Origin: Bugula neritina
Taxonomy: Eukaryota; Animalia; Bryozoa
Direction of reading: 5' to 3'
NCBI GenBank assembly: GCA_964035545.1
Contig: OZ037772.1
Span: 6,184,889-6,248,888 of the forward strand
DNA: 64,000 nt
Shown here: positions 36,181 through 51,960 of the stretch, piece after piece
How the letters are laid out: every line of letters begins with the position of its first letter
How positions within the stretch are numbered: the first letter of the stretch is position 1
The notes under the pieces: model-generated
The model's input: only the letters and a program-made list of their open reading frames with translations
What the model was told of the DNA's origin: nothing
Database searches by the model: none
Position numbers and translations under genes: made by a program

Positions 36181-37244
36181 GAATAGTATGTATAATATGT
36201 ATATTAAATAAATTTTGGCATAAAATAGAAAGGCTTTGCTCAAACTTAGTTAAAATGGCCTGGTAAAAATTCAAAATTCAACCTATTCATTTAATGTATA
36301 TTTATATCTAATTGTCTTTCTTAATAATATCAATCTTGCATATATGATCAGTCATAAATTGGATTATTTTTTTTTGATATTCACAAGTGTAGCACTGTTT
36401 AATTCAACAAATATTTTGAATATATTCAATCTGAAATAATCTTCCATTACGATGTTCAAGCTTGTGGCTGATTGCTACTCTGTATAATCAAAGTAAGTTA
36501 TGAAGAACACTAGAAGAGTTCATATCAATATTGTATAATAAAAGCAAAAGTTATTCAAAGTTACAAGAGTTGGTAAATTTTGTTTTTTTACGTCCAACAC
36601 GGAACTTCCTAAAGCTGAGGTTCTCACCATAGATCTGTCAATATCTTTCATATGTTATTTTTATGAACTTTGTTCATCCCATTCTCTTGTCCTTGGGCTG
36701 ATTGAAAGAACAGCTGTACTGACATGATGGGTATGATTTGTTATTGTATATTATGATATACCATAAAACTATAATGTACATTCAAAGTGTTATATTAATT
36801 AAATAGCTGTCAGACAACCAGACTATGATGTGGGAATATTATATTCAGTATATGGGAAAAAAATGATTGTTTTCAATGAGTATTAGAGTAGTTAGACTTG
36901 AACTAAGATAAAGTCACAATCGAGAAAATCTGTAGGTAATAGACCATTTGACATCATAGAAATCTCTCTGTTTGTATACTGTCTGGAAGCATGACTTTGA
37001 AAGAGTTGCTTTAAGAGCTGTTTGAGAGGTTTTTCAAAGTTTTCATTTAATTTTCGACTAAGTATCATTGAGCTGTTTTATGCTTTTATTCTATTTCAAC
37101 ACACCTGAATATTACTGCATGATTACTAAAATTCATGAGTATTGAGTAGTTGATTGTTTATAGGAACAGTAAAATTATGGAAAATAAAATTGTATTTTAA
37201 GTTTGGTTCTTGCTGTCAATGTATGGTGTAGGGTAGGTATACTT

Positions 37245-38290
37245 CCATAGCTTATGTATGACAGGACTTAATCTCATGCTGACCAATATGCTGTGTCACT
37301 ATGTAGTCACAGATTAAAGGAATTCCCAGAAGACAATCAAGACTCTGCTGGTGTAACAAACAAACATCTGATGCTGAGGACAATCAGTGCAGCTCTTTAC
37401 TTGGACTGAGCAATATAAAAGGTCTATTTATAGTTGAGGTCAGTACTAGAGGTTCTATAGTAACTTAAATTAGGATTCTCCTCATATGCAACTTACGTCA
37501 CAATCCTTAGCTTGGTTGTTTAGAGGTGAAAAATTAGGCCACCTATAGTAGTAGTGATAGGTTACCTTGGTACTGGTACGATATCACTTATTAGATATAT
37601 ATAATTCTAGTCTGCCGGATCACTATGACTGTAGTGTTAAGTTTTAATTTTCGTTTACCTGCATCAGTATTAGTATCACTATGCTCGTAGCCCACAGCTT
37701 TGTCTAAGTCTCTTGTCAGTCTCTAAGTATAAGGTCAGTTAGTATTTCGGTTCTTAGTTAGTATAGGTGTATACTCAAGTACTAGTAAATGGTTTGTTTC
37801 AATTATTATAAGTATCTCATCTTAATTTTTTAACTCTTTCTCAATCTCCATTCGTACTCCCGCCAAAATTTTAATTTTTCACTGTTATTTATTCCTAATT
37901 ATAGAACAGATAACTCTTCAGTATATGCTTCACTAGTTAAAAATTATCGAACATTTTCTATAGCTTATGTATGGCAGGACCTAATCTCATGCTAACCAAT
38001 ATGCTGTGTCACTATGTAGTCACAGACTAAAGGAATTCCCAGAAGACAATCAAGACTCTGCTGGTGTAACAAACAAACATCTGATGCTGAAGACAATCAG
38101 TGCAGCTCTTTACTTGGACTGAGCAATATAAAATGTCTATTTATAGTTGAGTTCAGTACCAGAATTTCTATAGTAACTTATATTAAGATTCTCTCTATAT
38201 GCAACTTACGTCACAATCCTTAGCTTGGCTGTGTAGAGGTGAAAAATTAGGCCGCTTATAGTTGTAGTGATAGGCTTACTTTGGTACTGG
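37245..38290. repeat. Unclassified ~320-bp dispersed repeat, two copies (37245-37575, 37960-38290); others near 43500, 52390, and inverted near 59700
   Basis: Shared text caggacttaatctcatgct...acaatcagtgcagctctttacttggactgagc. Confidence 0.75.
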
Positions 38291-38798
38291 TGATATTACG
38301 TATACTTATATTGCAGTAAAAATCATGTTTGTGTAAACACAGTTTATCAAAACATTAGGACATTTTGTAAATGATTAAAGACAAGCTATATGCGCCTCTC
38401 TGTCATAAAAGATTTTACAGAACTTACTCAGACATGACCAAACATAGACATTATATATAAATGAATTCAACTATTGATAAGAACTGCAAAATGTTCTCCT
38501 GTCAAAGTTTTTAGAGGCATAGCTTTCAAGATTTGGATTTGTGGCTCAGAGAATTTGCATTCTACATTATATAACATATATCATGCTTACTGAGGGTCAC
38601 CCCTAACACTACAGTTATAACAGAAAAGACTTTTGTTTTGTTTTAAACAGCTTGCAATTTATTTATATTATATCAAGTAAAGAAAGACGGTATGAAACTG
38701 AGAATGAAAATTTACAAATATGAAACATTTTTAAAATGAGTATTCTTAAGTACTAAAATAATAAGTTTTAAACTTGTATTCATATAAAGCTGCATAAA

Positions 38799-41517
38799 TT
38801 ACACATATCCACGAAACTTTATTTCTGTGGTCTTGAGAGAATAATGAGCCCCTTTCCAGGATGCCCAGTTTACACCATTAGCATAGGAAGTATGGCTTCC
38901 ATTCAAGTACTTGCCATTCAAATTGGAAGAATGACACCTCCAATACCACCAAGCGCCATGATACAGAGCTGCACAATTGCCTGAGTAAATATCATTATCT
39001 TTATCACGTGTTGAAAACTTCATTCCATTGTGCCGTAACAAACTGTTTCCTACAAAGGAAATATTCAGCTATCAATATACTGAAACAAACGGAGACAAAT
39101 CACTTATAATTTGTATTAAGCGTGTCTATAATAGAAACGTACTATAGCTTTATGTAGTAGAGGGCTAATCTGCAACTGAAACTTCATTTCAAAATACACG
39201 GTTTCTCAACAAATTACTGGATTATATAACACATTATATTTTTTCTCAAGTGTTACTTAAATTAATAAATCATCAGTGCTTTGATGTAAAGTTAGTGCTT
39301 TTTATTGACTAGTTTTCCCTCAAGAACTTATACCTGCTGTTCCATTATTATAGCCAGACACGGAGAGAGTATAATTAGTGGACTCATCACCAACATTGAA
39401 GCTGCTGTATGCAGCATAAGCTTGTTCATTGGTTGTACTTTCAAGGTCAAATCTCAACTCATTCTTAGGATTGGCTTGCAGAGCAGCTACCAGCTTGTCA
39501 TTTCCAAGCCAGAACTCTCCATTCAAATCACCAAAACCCAGTTTGTAGTTGTACCAGTTTCTGTAGAAGTCAACTGAGCCATCCATTCTTCTTTGGAACA
39601 CCTAACATTGAGTAAAAAAAATTAGGTCAACTGAGCTATTCATTCTTCTTTGGAAAACTTATACCAAGCAAATTTATTTTGACAACTAACATTGCCATAT
39701 GTCAATCAAGCAGTCTAAAGCAAAGAAAGCATGTTTCAGGTTTCATATTTAATATCTTTGTTGCTAAATATTATCGCTATATTATATTAAAACTTAAATA
39801 TCTCCAGCTACCCGAACAGGACAAAGTGGAGATAGGTGAAAGTAAGTGAGAAAAAATATAACATATAGACAGCTATATATATATATAAATATTTCAATAT
39901 GTGCTAAATTCTATGAATCACAGCAAATGACATTTCATATGCACTTGATCACTGTAGCAGAAATTTGAAATTTCTTTTTAAACAAGAAAACAACACTCAC
40001 AGTCCATCCACCTCCATCAGTTTTCTGGTCACAGAAAACATCAAATGAGTAGTATTCCTGCCCTTTTGGGTAGATCTTGTAAACACCACTAGTACCATTA
40101 AAACCGAGACACAGTAAGTCCAAACATGTTTTGGGTTTGCAGAAAGGTTGTGTCTTCATTCTCTCTAAGCAATACTCATCTATCTCACTTTGCTGTGACT
40201 ACAAGGTTTGAGAATAAATTAACTTATTGCATAATTAAATATTTACTTACTTTATAGGTATATTGCAGCACATTAAAAATACCTCTATATTTTATTAACT
40301 TCTAATTAAAAAGAAACATTTCTAAATCTAAACATAAACATAATTATACTATCAAAGTAGCGTATATAGTTATAAGTTGTGCAGTTTTGTTTCACAGCTC
40401 CTATTATCATGACAACATATTTTACATATCTGCTATTTTATTAACCCTTTCGCGATCAACTTTGAAGTTACGTAATTTTAAGCCTCGTTTGAGTTTATCG
40501 CGAAGTTTGCTAACAAATTTTGCATAACTTTCAATTTCATTATTAAAAAGTTACATTTTATTTTGGCTTTAAATAAACTAGGTATTATAATTTTAAGAGT
40601 CTTTTCTTTTATAAAAAGCTTCTTTAAGTGACGGGAGACCTCAATTCTAGCTAAAATCAGTCATTTTAATTTAACCTCTCAAAACCGCCATTTTAGAACT
40701 TAAAATTCAAAATGATAAAATTAATTTATAATATGATTCAAAATATAGTGACTTTAACATTTCCGTTTATTTAGATGTTCTTCTAAATGTAATCTGAATA
40801 AAATAAACTGGCTCTCTATAATTTGACAGCAGTTTCATGCATTTGAAAGTAGCGTTAAAATTTACCGACAATTTTGAAATTTAGGGATTAAATTGAAAAG
40901 CAACCAGCTGGCTTGGTAGCTATTAATTTAATCAAATTTGATGGCTCTAATTATCCCAAAATTACTAAGCTACCCTATCGACATCAATTACAAAAACTTT
41001 TAGGCTTTTCGGTTGAAAACTGGAAGTTTAAAGTAAGCGCTATTGTTTATTTACCTAAAAGACCATATATGGTCCATTGATCTGTGGATAGTGTCGCTTT
41101 CAGGAACATATATGGTCCATTGATCGCGTAACTCTTTTAAAACAAAAATTAGCAAACAAATATTTTAAACAATAATTAAAACATAAATTCAATATTTTGT
41201 TTTAGCTGTCTGTTGTTTTTTGCAAAAATCCAAGTATGAAAATAACAATATTGCATTGCTATAAGGATAGTAGCATCCCTATTTACTATATCTATATAGT
41301 GTTTGCTTTTCTTTGTTACAAAGTATTTAATATTTAATATTGGAAAAAATAACTGCCTTTCTACAGTTGACTGTAAATAACCTAACTATGTATTCAGTAG
41401 AACTATTCATAGTGAGTATAGTAAAGAGTTATTTTCTAGAATATAATATGCCACTATGATACTTACTATTTGAAGCGAAGCTGTAAATAAAAGTATGAGT
41501 GTCACGTATCTGTGCAT
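38799..41517 (-). CDS. Secreted fibrinogen-related protein, FReD-C (~255 aa); exons 41517-41467, 40198-40001, 39601-39334, 39049-38799
   Basis: Signal [17 protein letters not shown], complete FBG motifs, in-phase GT-AG introns. Confidence 0.88.
40445..41128 (+). mobile_element. piggyBac-like MITE in FReD-C intron 1
   Basis: TTAA|ccctttcgcgatcaa ... ttgatcgcg (right TIR clipped). The empty site tgctattttattaaactc is present in FReD-B near 34770. Confidence 0.8.
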
Positions 41518-41793
41518 GTTTCTAGTTATATAACAACTCAAAAATATTATAAGTTTATGGCTTTACAGTAACAACTAAAATCCTAACTATAAAGATTTGC
41601 TTAGTATTTTTATAGGTAATACTAGCCAATCAAATTCAATTTTTTAGATTTATTTGAAACTTGTTCCTCTAGTATCTGTAAAGTTATTGTTCTCATCATT
41701 GACTTGAAGTAGATTAGTTATTTAATATATAAGAGGATCCAAGCAAACCAACATGAATAACATTATGATAAAATGTATGCATTGGTTTACTGC

Positions 41794-42435
<642 letters not shown>

Positions 42436-44817
42436 ATGAATGATATGTATAATATGTAGATTAAATTAATTTTGGCATATAATAAAAAGGCTTTGCTCAG
42501 ACTCAGTTAAAATGGCCTGGTTAAAATCAAAATTCAATCTAATCATTTAATGTATATTTATATATAATTGTCTTTCTTAATAATATCAATCTTGCATATA
42601 TCAGTTATAAATTTGAACATTTTTTTAAATATTCACAAGTGTTGCTTCTCAATTCAACAAATATTGTAAATATATTCAAGCTGAAAAAGTCTTCCATAAC
42701 AATGTTAAAGCTTGTGGCTGATTGCAACTCTGTATAATCACAATAAGTTATCAAGAACACAAGAAGAGTTCATATCAATCTTGTATAATAAAAGCAAAAG
42801 TTATTCAAACTTACAAGAGTTGGTAATTTTTTTTTGTTTTTATGTTCAACACGGAACTTCCTGAAGCTGAGGTTCTCATCATAGATCTGTAAATATCGTT
42901 CATATGTTATCTATATATATATATATGAACTTTGTTCATTCCATTCTCTTGTGGTAGGGCTGATTGAAAGAACAGCTGTACTGACATGATGGGTATGATT
43001 TGTTATTGTATATTGCCATATACCATAAAACTATGTACATTTAAAGTGTTATGTTAATTAAATAGCTGTCAAATAACCAGACTATGATGTAGGAATATAA
43101 TTTTTGGTATATGGGAAAAATGAATTTTTTGCAATGGGTATTGCAGTAGTTAGACTTGAGTTAGGAGATTGTCACAATTGAGAAAATCTGTAGGTATTAG
43201 ACCATTAAACATCATACAAATCTCTGTTTTTGTGCTATCTGAAAGCATGACTTTGAAAGAGTTGCTTTGAGAGCTGTTTGAGAGGTTTTTTGAAGTTTTC
43301 AATTAGCTTCCGACTAAGTATCGTTGAGCCGTTTTATGCTTTCATTCTACTTTAACACACTTGAATATTACTTATTACTAAAATTCATGAGTATTGAATA
43401 GTTTATTGCTTATAAGAACAGTAAAATTATGGAAAATAAAATTGTTTTTCCATTTTGGTTCTCGCGGTCGATGTATGCCGTGTAGGGTAGGTAGCTTCGA
43501 TAGCTTCTGTATGGCAGGACTTAATCTTATGCTAATCAATATGCTGTGTCATTATGTAGTCATAGACTAAAGGAATTGCCAGAAGACAATCAATACTCTG
43601 CTGGTGTAACAAACAAACATCTGGTGCTGAGGACAGTCAGTGTAGCTCTTTACTTGGACTGAGCAACATAAAAGGTCTATTTATAGTTGAGTTCAGTACT
43701 AGAATTTCTATAGTAACTTAAATTATGATTCTCTTTATATGTAACTTACATCACAATCGTTAGCTTGGTTGTATAGAGGTGAAAAATTAAACCACCTATA
43801 GTAGTAGTGATAGGTTACCTTGGTACTGGTACGATATCACTTATTAGATATATCATTCTAGTCCGACGGATCACTATGACTGTAGCGTTAAGTTTTAATT
43901 TTTGTTTACCTGCATCAGTATTAGTATCACTATGCTCGTAGCCCACAGCTTTGTCTAAGTCTCTTGTCAGTCTCTAAGTATAAGTTCAGTTAGTATTTCG
44001 GTTCTTAGTTAGTATATATAGGTGTATACTCAAGTACTAGTAAATGGTTTGTTTCAAATATTATAAGTATCTCCTCTGAATTTTTTAACTCTTTCTCAAT
44101 CTCCGTTTGTTCTCCCCACGCACTTTTTTTTTCATTTTTATTTATTCATTATTCAAGAACAGATAACTCTTTAGTATACACTTAACTAGTTAAAAATTAT
44201 TGAACATTCTTGACATTTTGACATATTTTGACATATCAATTTTCCTGTAACATGCAGTCGTTTAATTGTGTTTTTACCATTTTTAGATGCTGAACTGGTT
44301 CTTACATCTGAACAAACTAGTTGTAAGCTACACTCATAAGTTTATGTCAGAAATTGCTAGAAAGTTTGCAAGCAATTGAATTGACATTATACTGCATGAT
44401 GGTTAATAAACACCTTACTATAAATAATAATTAAATATATTATGTTCTTCAATACCATTACTATAATAGTATTGGTGTATTAAGTCAATGCCTACGACTA
44501 TACAACAATATGTAGTATATAGTTATACCACATTACACCAGTAAATATTTACTCTGAAAAACATAAACCAAGCTCATTGTAAATAAAATTATAACCAATC
44601 ATAAATAATGCTGTAATTTATTCAAATGCATATACTTGCCTTAATTATAGTTAACTAATGCCATTCAAAAGAGCGTGGGCTATAGGAAAAATGCTAATAA
44701 GGTATGATAAGTATCCTGTGAACTAAATGCTGACACATAAAATGACAAATCTCTCATCTCCAGAAGTATATAAGCTGTTCTAGTATTCTACCTAATTGTT
44801 AAGCTTTTAATATAAAC

Positions 44818-47340
44818 ATGAAGCTACACTTGGTATGCATGCTGTTGATATCTCAGTCTATACAACTTTTGGCTATGAATTTTACTCAAGGATTTTATAG
44901 TACACAACATATCTCAGCATACAACAGTTCAGAATCTCAACTACTGTGGTCTAGACAGAGTAAGTATGTTTGATACTCTCTCATCTTACTATGCTGTGAA
45001 GTATTTAAGTGTAAAGAAAGTTATTATATTTGTAACTCAAATATGTTCTGCTTGCATGCATTTCTTTCCAATATAGCAAAGTGTAATTACTAGAATGAGC
45101 GATCTTTTGCTATATAAGACCTTGTTCTATATATTGGTTATTTTATTAAAAAAGTGTCTATTATAATTACATATGTAGCAAATTACCAAATGAAGTATTC
45201 ACACAGTACAATATGTAAAAAAAACATGAATTCAACACAAACATATTTCTATAACAATTACAATTTGTTGACCATCAATCAAATAGCCATAATAATAGTA
45301 TTATTAAATAAAGTAGATTTGATCAATAATTATTAGTTAATCTTAATTCACACATAGACTTCATAGAGAGTCTCTCTTTTCAATGTTCAATTTTGATGAA
45401 ACATAATTTTGAGTTCTTTTATTTGATTAATTCAGTTAGATCTACTCTAGAATGCATGACTCAGTGCAGTGTTCTCCAAAGTCAGTGTGGGTCTGGTGTC
45501 TTTGAATCAGCAAACAGAACTTGTAGACTATTCAATGAACGTTTAGAAGAGCTGGAAGATGGGGTTGTGGAAGAGATGGTTTACTTTATGAAGATATCTT
45601 CAATGACTGGTATAAATATATATAACTATTTGTAAATACAACTCAAACAATGACTTATGATACAAAAATGCAAAGTTGCATATGTTCACTCTAGTTACTG
45701 CAGATATATAATATACAGCTGAAAATTTATCTAATATGCACTTCATATATAATCTGCAGTCTTAAAGGCACTTTTTCTCTAAAAAATGTATGACATTTTC
45801 AAATCCACCACCAAAAAAGCACTTTTTTATTTCCTGTCAAATGTTATAGCAATTTATATATTTAGCTTTAATGCCTTTTTTTGTATTATAGAATAGAGAA
45901 TTGGTGCTATATAAAAACAATTCTCAGCACAGTTTGTTGCACTTGACATTTTCTGATTTTAGAAGAAAGCAATTTTTTGCATTGAACATTTTCTGATGTG
46001 TTCACACATTACCAACAGAGAAACACTTCTAGTCCAGAGTTGTGTCTGTCTCTCTGCTCCTGTAACCAATCATGTGTTGCTGTGTCATATGACAGGAATA
46101 CATCAACCTGTTTCCTGTCTGATAAACCAGAAGTGATAATCAACACAGAGCAGACTAGCTAGTAGACTATGTTCTGTTAAGAAGATATACTCTGAGGAGT
46201 TGGTTGTCTATAGCTTCTCTACCAATCTTGCTATAAGTAAGGCCATTTATTTGTAGGTTTTTTTACAATGTCTAAGCTCTATGATCAATTAATGGCCAAA
46301 AATTCATTATGTTTGACAATGGATTACATAAAACTGACTGAAAATTGCTTTCAAATCTCTTAGGCAAACACTTTTTTAGTTGTTTTCCCGTACGATCAAA
46401 CTAATTGTCCAAAATGTCGCAGTCTGACGACAGTAACTCATATGTACCAATCTTGCCAAAGGCAAAGAGGGCCACTTTTCTACAGTATAAATTTTCCTGA
46501 ACAGATATACAGCGTTAGAGGCCAACAAAACTTCTATAACTAATTTGAAATCAAATGTATTACGAGTTTATATACAACAAAATGTAGCAAAGCGCAACAT
46601 GTATCATTTAAAGAATTATGTGTCCTAATATAAATTATAGTAAACCTAATCATTTGTTTTCGTCTGATAAATTTTAGATAAAAATGCTACATCAAGCAGC
46701 GTGTACAAAGCACATCTTTCAGGGATCAATGCTATTGATGGAATTTATCTTCCCTCTGAGTCTGGGTTAGAAGAAAATGAAAGGTTATTTGTCAGTAATC
46801 AAGAACTGTCTCCATGGCTGCAAATAGACTTAACCACTAGTCACTTTGTTGACGGTGTCAAAGTATGGGACAGATCTGAGAGCAGTGTTCAAGGTCAGTG
46901 AAATGTTTGTGCAGCTGTTGTATAATATTGATGTTTTATCTATTGCAATAGTGTCTGAACAGATTAGTGGTAAGTTTTTTGTGTTTAATGGTTATATACA
47001 TAGATGTTTGCAATAATATACTCGTATTATTTTTATATTCTCAAGGTAAATTCAAGTTAATACAAAACTAGTTTTCAAATTTATAGATCGTAATGATCGA
47101 CTAGCAAATGTGAGAGTAGCAGTTGGTGAAACTGACACCAACTTTGATAATCCACCAGAAGATGAGCTCTGTAACTACCTTCCTGGACAACCACCTGCAG
47201 ATATATTTCTGGTTACATGTCATACTAGAATGTATGGTAGATATGTGAGAGTAACAGCTGTAGAAGTGAATAAAATTCTCAACATCTATGAGTTGGAAAT
47301 CCACGGGTTAGAAATTGTTGAACAGCCGGCTAACAACTAA
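44818..47340 (+). pseudogene. PAN/apple + F-type lectin gene copy 1, damaged in exon 3; exons 44818-44959, 45436-45609, 45963-46236, 46678-46893, 47087-47340
   Basis: Paralogous to 53234-56100. It has an in-frame TGA at 45983-45985 and a 4-bp duplication near 46158. The other exons are open. Confidence 0.7.
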
Positions 47341-47444
47341 TATAATGCAATCTTGCTTGCCAAAAACTCAGGCCTACTATAACCATATGCTTGAAGGTGT
47401 GTGTGTACACACACGTGCATCAAAGTATATAGATGTTAGAATTG

Positions 47445-47850
47445 TATGGTTACAGGAAAAAATGGCACACGTAAATTAAATTGGCGCAGGTAAAAATGGC
47501 ACAAGTAAGAATGGCACAGGTAAAACTGGTACAGGTGATAAGCTCACAAGTAATAATTTCACAATTTGGCAAATAGCTACGGAATGACACATTTTTAATA
47601 TTAAGGTTTTGGGTGCGAAGTTAGAGATTTATAATTATATAGAAAGTTCATCATGGTGTGGAATTTATAAGGGTAAGTTTGCGGATTTAGAGTTTAAGCT
47701 TGAGGTAGGGTTTGGAGATTGGATTTGGCTTTGGGGTTTCTTTTTGGGAAATTTTACCAACCTTATTACCCATTTTACCATTTGTGGCATTGCTACCTGC
47801 GTCATTTCTGCCCGTGTCATTTTCACTTCTGCTACTTTTACCTAAAATTG
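47445..47850. mobile_element. Degenerate foldback/MITE with ~16-bp subterminal repeats
   Basis: (caggtaaaaatggca)-like repeats on the left and diverged inverted equivalents on the right. Confidence 0.5.
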
Positions 47851-49479
47851 CATTGTTAATTACACCCACATAATCCAAAACCTGCGCATACATAACTGAT
47901 ATGTAATATATTAAATACAAAAATCAATAAATAGACATTCAGATGAATTAAATCTAGCTATTGCATCTCCTAAAATTATATCAGATGTCAACTAAGTGTT
48001 TGCTAGCATAATTAAGTAGAATATATAGCCTTTGTAACCGCGGTGTCTGTATTATACAGCTGAAGTAGATTGTGCCAATATATTGTTCGCTGTTATGTAA
48101 ATTAACGGTATATATATATATATATATATAGAAGGGTCAGAAATATCTATATGAATGTAGGCAGAGACAAAGAGTGTTATTTATGTATAATATGGCGATC
48201 AATTGTTATGCAGTACATAGTATAGCATGTCATGAATGTCAAAATGTACATTAGATAACGTTAACACTATAATAAACATATTTTCTTACTAATAATATAT
48301 TAGTGAATAGTATTTAAACACTAACATTGCTATAAATATTGTAGTTGTTGTAATGCTGTGTTGTTTTTGCACCATACTGCAATTTTTATGTATGCTTTTT
48401 TGTTCTATCTTTAATACCATAATCATACTACTTTATATATCACCATGGTCATAGTTCAACTTTGTAACATGCTTGTATTGTATACTCTAAGGCCATCCTG
48501 TTGTCAAACGACTATGATAAAAAGTGTTTATTAACCACTACATTTATTGTACCCTTGGATATTTTAAACTTTTCAACAATCTGACATGAAATAAACCGAT
48601 ATTTAATAAACAAATACCTTTTTTTTAAAAGAAAATTACAATCAGCACGTATATAATATAAAAACAGAAAAGACACAATCACAGAGTGTTTGTCAGAAAT
48701 GATGTTTACTTACTTCTTTTAAAATAAGATGACAAAAAACTTCTGTATGCTTGATAAAAGAAGGTCTCTACTACATATGCAGAACCACGTTAACGACTAG
48801 TGCAGTCTCATAAGCTGCATGAAGATATTTTATCAATTAATAGAAACTCTAGCACTAAACTCAACTGAATACTTTAGCTCATTCCCAAATAAATAGCTAC
48901 ACTATCTGCTTTTACCAGCTGTTTGTGTGTTGAATCTACAGAGTACTGATGGCCATACAGAAAACTGTAGCTTGTGAAACAATTTTGGGCTAGCATGGTA
49001 GAATAACTCTATAATAAGCAGTGCTGAGTTGGAGGTGACTAAGTGCAGTAGTTTTAGGCTCAGTATATTGAATTTGGAGACATAGGTTGGAACTCTAAAC
49101 TCCTAACTCAAAATTCAAGACTTCCAAGCTATATTGCACTCAGTCAACCTAACTGAGACCTGCTGAATAAGATAAACATGGCACTGCCACATAAAGTCTA
49201 AATTGAAAATATGTGTTAGGAGTTACTTGCTCCATTCAATGGATTGACTGGGAGAACAATCCTGAAAAAGCCAATTGTACTTAGCCAGAGCTTCACTTGT
49301 CTATATATAATATAATATGATCTAATACTATATGTATACACCCACATACATATAAACATAGACGCTTGAATAACATTATACATACAATTGGAAGTGCCTT
49401 TCTTTCATTTGGTTTTTTTTCTGCAATCTTAACTGCCTGCGTAGGCGTTCATTACTTATTCTATGTACATGGCCTAGCT

Positions 49480-49715
49480 ACCGAAGTCCCTTTTCTATCA
49501 GTATGTCAGCCATTGATGGTAAACCTACACACTCAAGAATATCATTGTTTGTGACTTTGTCCTGCCGTGTAACATTTTACATTGATCTCAGTTGCCTCAT
49601 CACGTAGGCATGTAGTCTCGGGTGTGCTGTACAGTGTCTAAGTCTCAGCTCTTTGCAGTAAATCGGTTAGTACAACAGATCTGTACGCTTTGCACTTGAC
49701 TCGCATGGCCACATG
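49480..49715 (-). mobile_element. RTE-like LINE fragment (duplicate of part of 51478-51960)
   Basis: Clear similarity to 51660-51900. Confidence 0.6.
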
Positions 49716-50460
49716 AGGAACAAGCAGAATGGAGGGAACTTTTTTACTATTCATTCAATGTGTTGTACGCATGAAACTCAGTAATGATGATGTGCACTAT
49801 AATTTCGAATGCGATGAAAGACTAAATGAAGAGTTAACTTCAGAACTTTTTACTTAGAAACAATAACATAACATGTCCTAATAAAACTATTATAATATAT
49901 ACTTATTAGCCTGTTTACTAGAGCATTTGACACCATAGAAAAGGCGACTTTGAAAGAGTAGATGCTAAACTGGTTCTTACATCTGAACAAACTAGTTATG
50001 AAATTGTTACATTTATAAATTTATGTCAGAAATTGCTAAAAGGTTTGCAAGCATTTGAATTGATGTTATAGTTGTGATGGTAAACACACTCTTTACTTTA
50101 ATTAATATGTTCTTCATTATATAAACATTACTATATGGCAGTGTTGGTGCATCAAGTCAATGTAAGACTATATATACAGCAATATAAGTAGTATTTATAC
50201 CACAGTACATCCAGTAAATACAATAAACAGTATAGACCCAGTTCATTGTAAATATTATAGAACCATATGATAAAAAGGCATTGATTTTACAAAGTATTTG
50301 AATGAAACATTGCCTTAATTAAAATACATGTTATTCACAGAGGTATAATGCAAGTATATATTGAAATGAACAGAAGCAACACATAAATAAACAAAACTCT
50401 CATTTAAACAAGTAGATAGCTGTTCTAACATTCAGCACTTGCCAAGTTTATTTAGTAAAC

Positions 50461-50617
50461 ATGAAGCTTCTCTTGGCATGCATACTGTTGATGTCTAAAG
50501 TTTTATCAATTCCAGCCTTGAACTTGACTGAAGAATATTATTGTACACAGCATATATCAGCGTTCAACAGCTCAGGATCTCAACTACAGGAGTCTACTCT
50601 TCAAGATTCTAGACAAG
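50461..50617 (+). pseudogene. Orphan exon 1 of PAN/F-type lectin gene copy 2
   Basis: MKLLLACILLMSKVLSIPALNLTEEYYCTQ... is nearly identical to 53234-53390. The donor reads GC, and intron similarity stops at the (CT)n tract. Confidence 0.75.
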
Positions 50618-51298
50618 GCGAGCACCTTCTACGTTGTATTAGGTCATCGAGCTGAAATTAAAGTAGGGAAAAGATGAAAAGGTAAATTTATGTCCTAAAT
50701 CATTTTACCCTAATCATCAGCAGTTATATAGGAGTTAACAGAGTTTGATTGGCTACAAATATGTTCTGTTTGCATTTTTCTCAATACAAAAGAAAACAGT
50801 TACTAGAACGAGATCTTGTGCTACATATTAGTTATTTTATAAAAATGAGTGTTTATAGATGTAGCAGATAAACAAATTAATTAATCAGACAGCATAATTT
50901 TTAGAAATGAGCATGAATTTTGGCAAAACAACAAAGTCTTACAAATAAAGTTTATTTACCATCAATCAAATACAGCAATAATATTAGTATAGAAGTAAAC
51001 TATCTTCAAATACTAAATAATCTATAACTAATAGACTAAAATAACATTAACTCATTTAAATATAATGTATAGGATTTTATTCAAGTTTTAAAGTTATTTA
51101 TACACAAAAAAACAAAAAATGCACAATATTCAAATACAAGAAAAGTTGGTTAAAAAGTGCTATATTTCATAGTATAGATACAATGTAAGCATGCATAATG
51201 CTATCAAATAGTAACTGCACATATATTTCATGACACAGGCTTGTTTAACAAATATAACAGCTCAACAACTATTAGCAGTTAGGAGACACAGCTACACA

Positions 51299-51960
<662 letters not shown>

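Noticed and set aside
45983-45985. TGA as a selenocysteine codon
   Set aside because: The paralogue has Gln at this position and the same exon also carries a frameshift.
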